Below are positions 15,020-17,609 of a stretch of DNA of 17,609 nt, piece by piece. The notes under the pieces are model-generated. The model was not told where the DNA came from and made no database searches. It worked only from the letters and a program-made list of their open reading frames with translations. Source of the stretch: Candidatus Hermodarchaeota archaeon (GTDB lineage Archaea > Asgardarchaeota > Lokiarchaeia > Sigyniarchaeales > SOKP01); NCBI GenBank assembly GCA_048885525.1, contig JBHLLP010000058.1, forward strand, positions 1 through 17,609. Reading direction: 5' to 3'. How positions within the stretch are numbered: the first letter of the stretch is position 1; every line of letters starts with the position of its first letter. Both the position numbers and the translations under genes were made by a program.

Positions 15020-16210
15020 TTATATTACTTTCTTTCTTGATAATTGTTTTAATTCATCTTTTGTAAATCCAAGTAATTCGCAATAAATCTCTTCATTATT
15101 TCCACCGAATTCGGGGCCTGGAGCTTCTACAGATCCAATACTATCTGAAAAATTTATTAATCGATTTGGGATCGTTGCTTTTTCTACCCCCCATTTAGAA
15201 AAATCAAATTGATCACACAGCATCCCTCTTTCTTTAAGATTTGGATGGTTATGAACCTCATCAATTCGTAAAGTTTTTCCACAAGGGATTCTCACTGTTT
15301 CTAATTGTCTAATTGCCTCATCACGGGTGAGTCTTTTGCTCCAATCTTCAACAATTTTATCCAATACCTCAACATAATCAAATCTTTTTATAATATTTTC
15401 AAATCGTTTGTCTTTAATTAAGTCTGGCTGTTCTAAAACATTCTCACATAATCGGATCCATTGTTTTTCAGTTAGAGTAGTTAAAGCAATTAATCCATCT
15501 TTACATCGATATTGATTGTATATAGGTAAAAATTTTGAAGCAACATCAACATGTTGAGCTCTTGGCATAAATTCCCTTGCCTGAGCTCTAATATTTATCG
15601 CAAACATTATATCATGCATAGAGATATCGATAAATTGTCCTATCCCAGTTTTTTCTCTATAATAAAGAGCTTGACTTATCCCGATCGCTGCAATATGACC
15701 TGCAGTATAGTCTGCTATCGGTAATCGTGGTGGACCTTCCTTGAAGCCTAATGCATCAAGAATTCCGGCTTGAGCTTGTATAATTATATCAAAAGCAGTT
15801 TTCTGAGTATATTGTTCTAAACCTTGATTTCCATAACCAGAAATTTTTGCGTATATCAGTCTAGGATTAATCTCTTTTAGAGTATCATATCCTAGACCCC
15901 ATTTTTCCATTGTCCCTTGGACAAAATTTTCCACGAGGACATCAGATTTTTCTACTAATTTTTTAAATATCTCTTTTGCCTCTTCCTTTCTTAAATCGAG
16001 TGATATAGATTTCTTTCCTCTATTCAAAATTGAGAATAAGGGAAAAACGGTTTTATCATAAAGAATAAACAAGCGAAAAGCTTCCCCAAAGGGAGGTGGT
16101 TCAACTTTAATTACATCTGCTCCTTGATCTGCAAAGAAAGTAGAAGCCCAAGGTCCAGAAATGAATTGTGAACAATCAAGGATTCTTATTCCCTCAAAAA
16201 TTTTTGGCAT
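15020..16210 (-). CDS. Class III CoA-transferase (CaiB/BaiF/Frc family)
   Basis: GIRILDCSQFISGP...GADVIKVEPP, NRGKKSISLDL, SDVLVENF, NPRLIYAKISGYG, catalytic Asp in PIADYTAG. Confidence 0.95.
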   Translation of the reverse strand: MPKIFEGIRILDCSQFISGPWASTFFADQGADVIKVEPPPFGEAFRLFILYDKTVFPLFSILNRGKKSISLDLRKEEAKEIFKKLVEKSDVLVENFVQGTMEKWGLGYDTLKEINPRLIYAKISGYGNQGLEQYTQKTAFDIIIQAQAGILDALGFKEGPPRLPIADYTAGHIAAIGISQALYYREKTGIGQFIDISMHDIMFAINIRAQAREFMPRAQHVDVASKFLPIYNQYRCKDGLIALTTLTEKQWIRLCENVLEQPDLIKDKRFENIIKRFDYVEVLDKIVEDWSKRLTRDEAIRQLETVRIPCGKTLRIDEVHNHPNLKERGMLCDQFDFSKWGVEKATIPNRLINFSDSIGSVEAPGPEFGGNNEEIYCELLGFTKDELKQLSRKKVI

Positions 16211-16304
16211 AATTATCTCTAATATTATAATTTCTTTTATACATTATCATCTACTTATGTAGGTTTTAAAATCATGAAATATTTTTTACTTTAGGGGAAT
16301 ATTT

Positions 16305-17609
16305 ATGAATGAATCTCATTTCTTACACGGATTTTTGCATCCAAAAAGCGTAGCAATTTATGGAGCTAATAATAAAGGTAATTCTTTAGCTTGCCTCCAG
16401 ATTATGAATTTAATTAAATCTAGCTATAATGGTAAAGTTTATCCAATACACCTAAAATTAGAATCAGTTATGGGATTTAAAGCTTACAAAAATATTATTG
16501 AAGTTCCAGAAATCCCGGATCTTGTATTGATTGTTCTTCCTGCTAAAGTTGTACCTCAAATTTTTAAAGAATGTGGAAAAAAAGGAGTAAAACGAATAGT
16601 CTTGATTTCTGGGGGATTTCGTGAATTAATCGAGGATCGTGAAAATACTCTAACAGAAGAAATCAAGGATATAGCTAAAGAATACGGAATGAGATTTATT
16701 GGTCCTAATTGTCTTGGAGTTTATAATAATTGGTATGGACCAGAAGAAGAAAATCAGTCCTTTAATATCTATATTTGGGAAAATCTCAAACGTAGTAAAT
16801 TCTCTATAGCTTCTCAATCTGGTACACTTTCTTGTCATATATGGTATGATCCTGATAATTTTGATTTAGGGTTAAGCAGGTCTTTATCTGTTGGGAATGA
16901 AGCAAATATAGATCTTGTAGATTGTTTAGAATACTATAAGGATGATGAATATACTGAAATTATCGGACTATATATCGAAGAGATAAAAAGAGGAAAAAAA
17001 TTCATAGAATTAGTAAAAGAAATCACGCCTAAAAAACCAATCATAGCAATTTATGTAGGTGGATCTAAAGCAGGTAATCGTGCATTACAAAGTCATACAG
17101 GATCTTTAGCAGGAAACTCTAAAATATATGAGGGTCTTTTTAAAGAAACTGGTATTATTAAAACTGATTATGTTCAAGAATTTTTAGACATAGCTCTCAT
17201 TCTTTCAAAAGGGATAATACTTAAAGGAAATCGACTTGGAATAATAACAAATTCAGGCGGTCCAGGAGCAATGGTGGCTAATAATGCAGAAAAACACGGT
17301 TTAATTGTCCCTGAATTTTCAGAGGCTCTTCAAAAAGAATTAAAGAGTGCTTCACCTCCAACAGGAACTTTTAAAAATCCTGTAGATTGTACTTTTGATA
17401 TGGATCTACCTTATTTTTATATAACATTACCTGAATTATTAATGAAATCTGGAGAAATCGATGCAATAATTCAATATGGTGTAGTAGGATTCCAAGAAGT
17501 TTTAGATGATTATCTTAAATATGAGCAAATTGCTAAACATGCTGAATTTCAACATCAACCAGATGAGTTTGTAGATAAATTAGCTCAAAAATTAATGCAA
17601 CCAACTATG
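16305..17609 (+). CDS. acdA: ADP-forming acetate/acyl-CoA ligase alpha subunit; runs off the right edge
   Basis: Not in the ORF track. From ATG 16305: MNESHFLHGFLHPKSVAIYGA...ISGGFRE...FIGPNCLG...ASQSG...SVGNEANID...SHTGSLAG (phospho-His)...TNSGGPG...NPVD. An SD-like AGGGGA lies just upstream. Confidence 0.93.
   Translation, partial: MNESHFLHGFLHPKSVAIYGANNKGNSLACLQIMNLIKSSYNGKVYPIHLKLESVMGFKAYKNIIEVPEIPDLVLIVLPAKVVPQIFKECGKKGVKRIVLISGGFRELIEDRENTLTEEIKDIAKEYGMRFIGPNCLGVYNNWYGPEEENQSFNIYIWENLKRSKFSIASQSGTLSCHIWYDPDNFDLGLSRSLSVGNEANIDLVDCLEYYKDDEYTEIIGLYIEEIKRGKKFIELVKEITPKKPIIAIYVGGSKAGNRALQSHTGSLAGNSKIYEGLFKETGIIKTDYVQEFLDIALILSKGIILKGNRLGIITNSGGPGAMVANNAEKHGLIVPEFSEALQKELKSASPPTGTFKNPVDCTFDMDLPYFYITLPELLMKSGEIDAIIQYGVVGFQEVLDDYLKYEQIAKHAEFQHQPDEFVDKLAQKLMQPTM

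Noticed and set aside
16650-16838. 62-aa minus-strand ORF
   Set aside because: Antisense to the acyl-CoA ligase gene, which the track omitted because it has no stop inside the window.

Overview
AT-rich archaeal window, most likely from an Asgard archaeon of Lokiarchaeia type. This origin is inferred from the longin, mu-homology, Lsm3-like and UFM1-like proteins and an intron-containing tRNA. Metabolic genes: a partial aldehyde:ferredoxin oxidoreductase, a CocE/NonD hydrolase, a metallophosphoesterase, a MOFRL glycerate kinase, an amidohydrolase, a class III CoA-transferase and a partial ADP-forming acyl-CoA ligase alpha subunit. The most interesting block is 8064-12534. It holds a 729-aa cytoplasmic protein whose N-terminal half aligns by eye with the mu-homology domain of AP-complex medium subunits and is followed by extra Ig-like sandwiches, a DxDxDG/FG-GAP beta-propeller with two C-terminal winged helices, and a convergent longin-fold protein. 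Together they look like a proto-adaptor/coat module. The window also has a tRNA-Arg(CCT) with a non-canonical 30-nt BHB intron at position 45/46, a UFM1-like protein lacking the C-terminal Gly, two zinc-finger microproteins missed by the ORF track, and a decayed C_GCAxxG_C_C pseudogene. All family assignments come from motif recognition and by-eye alignment to remembered reference sequences; no searches were run.
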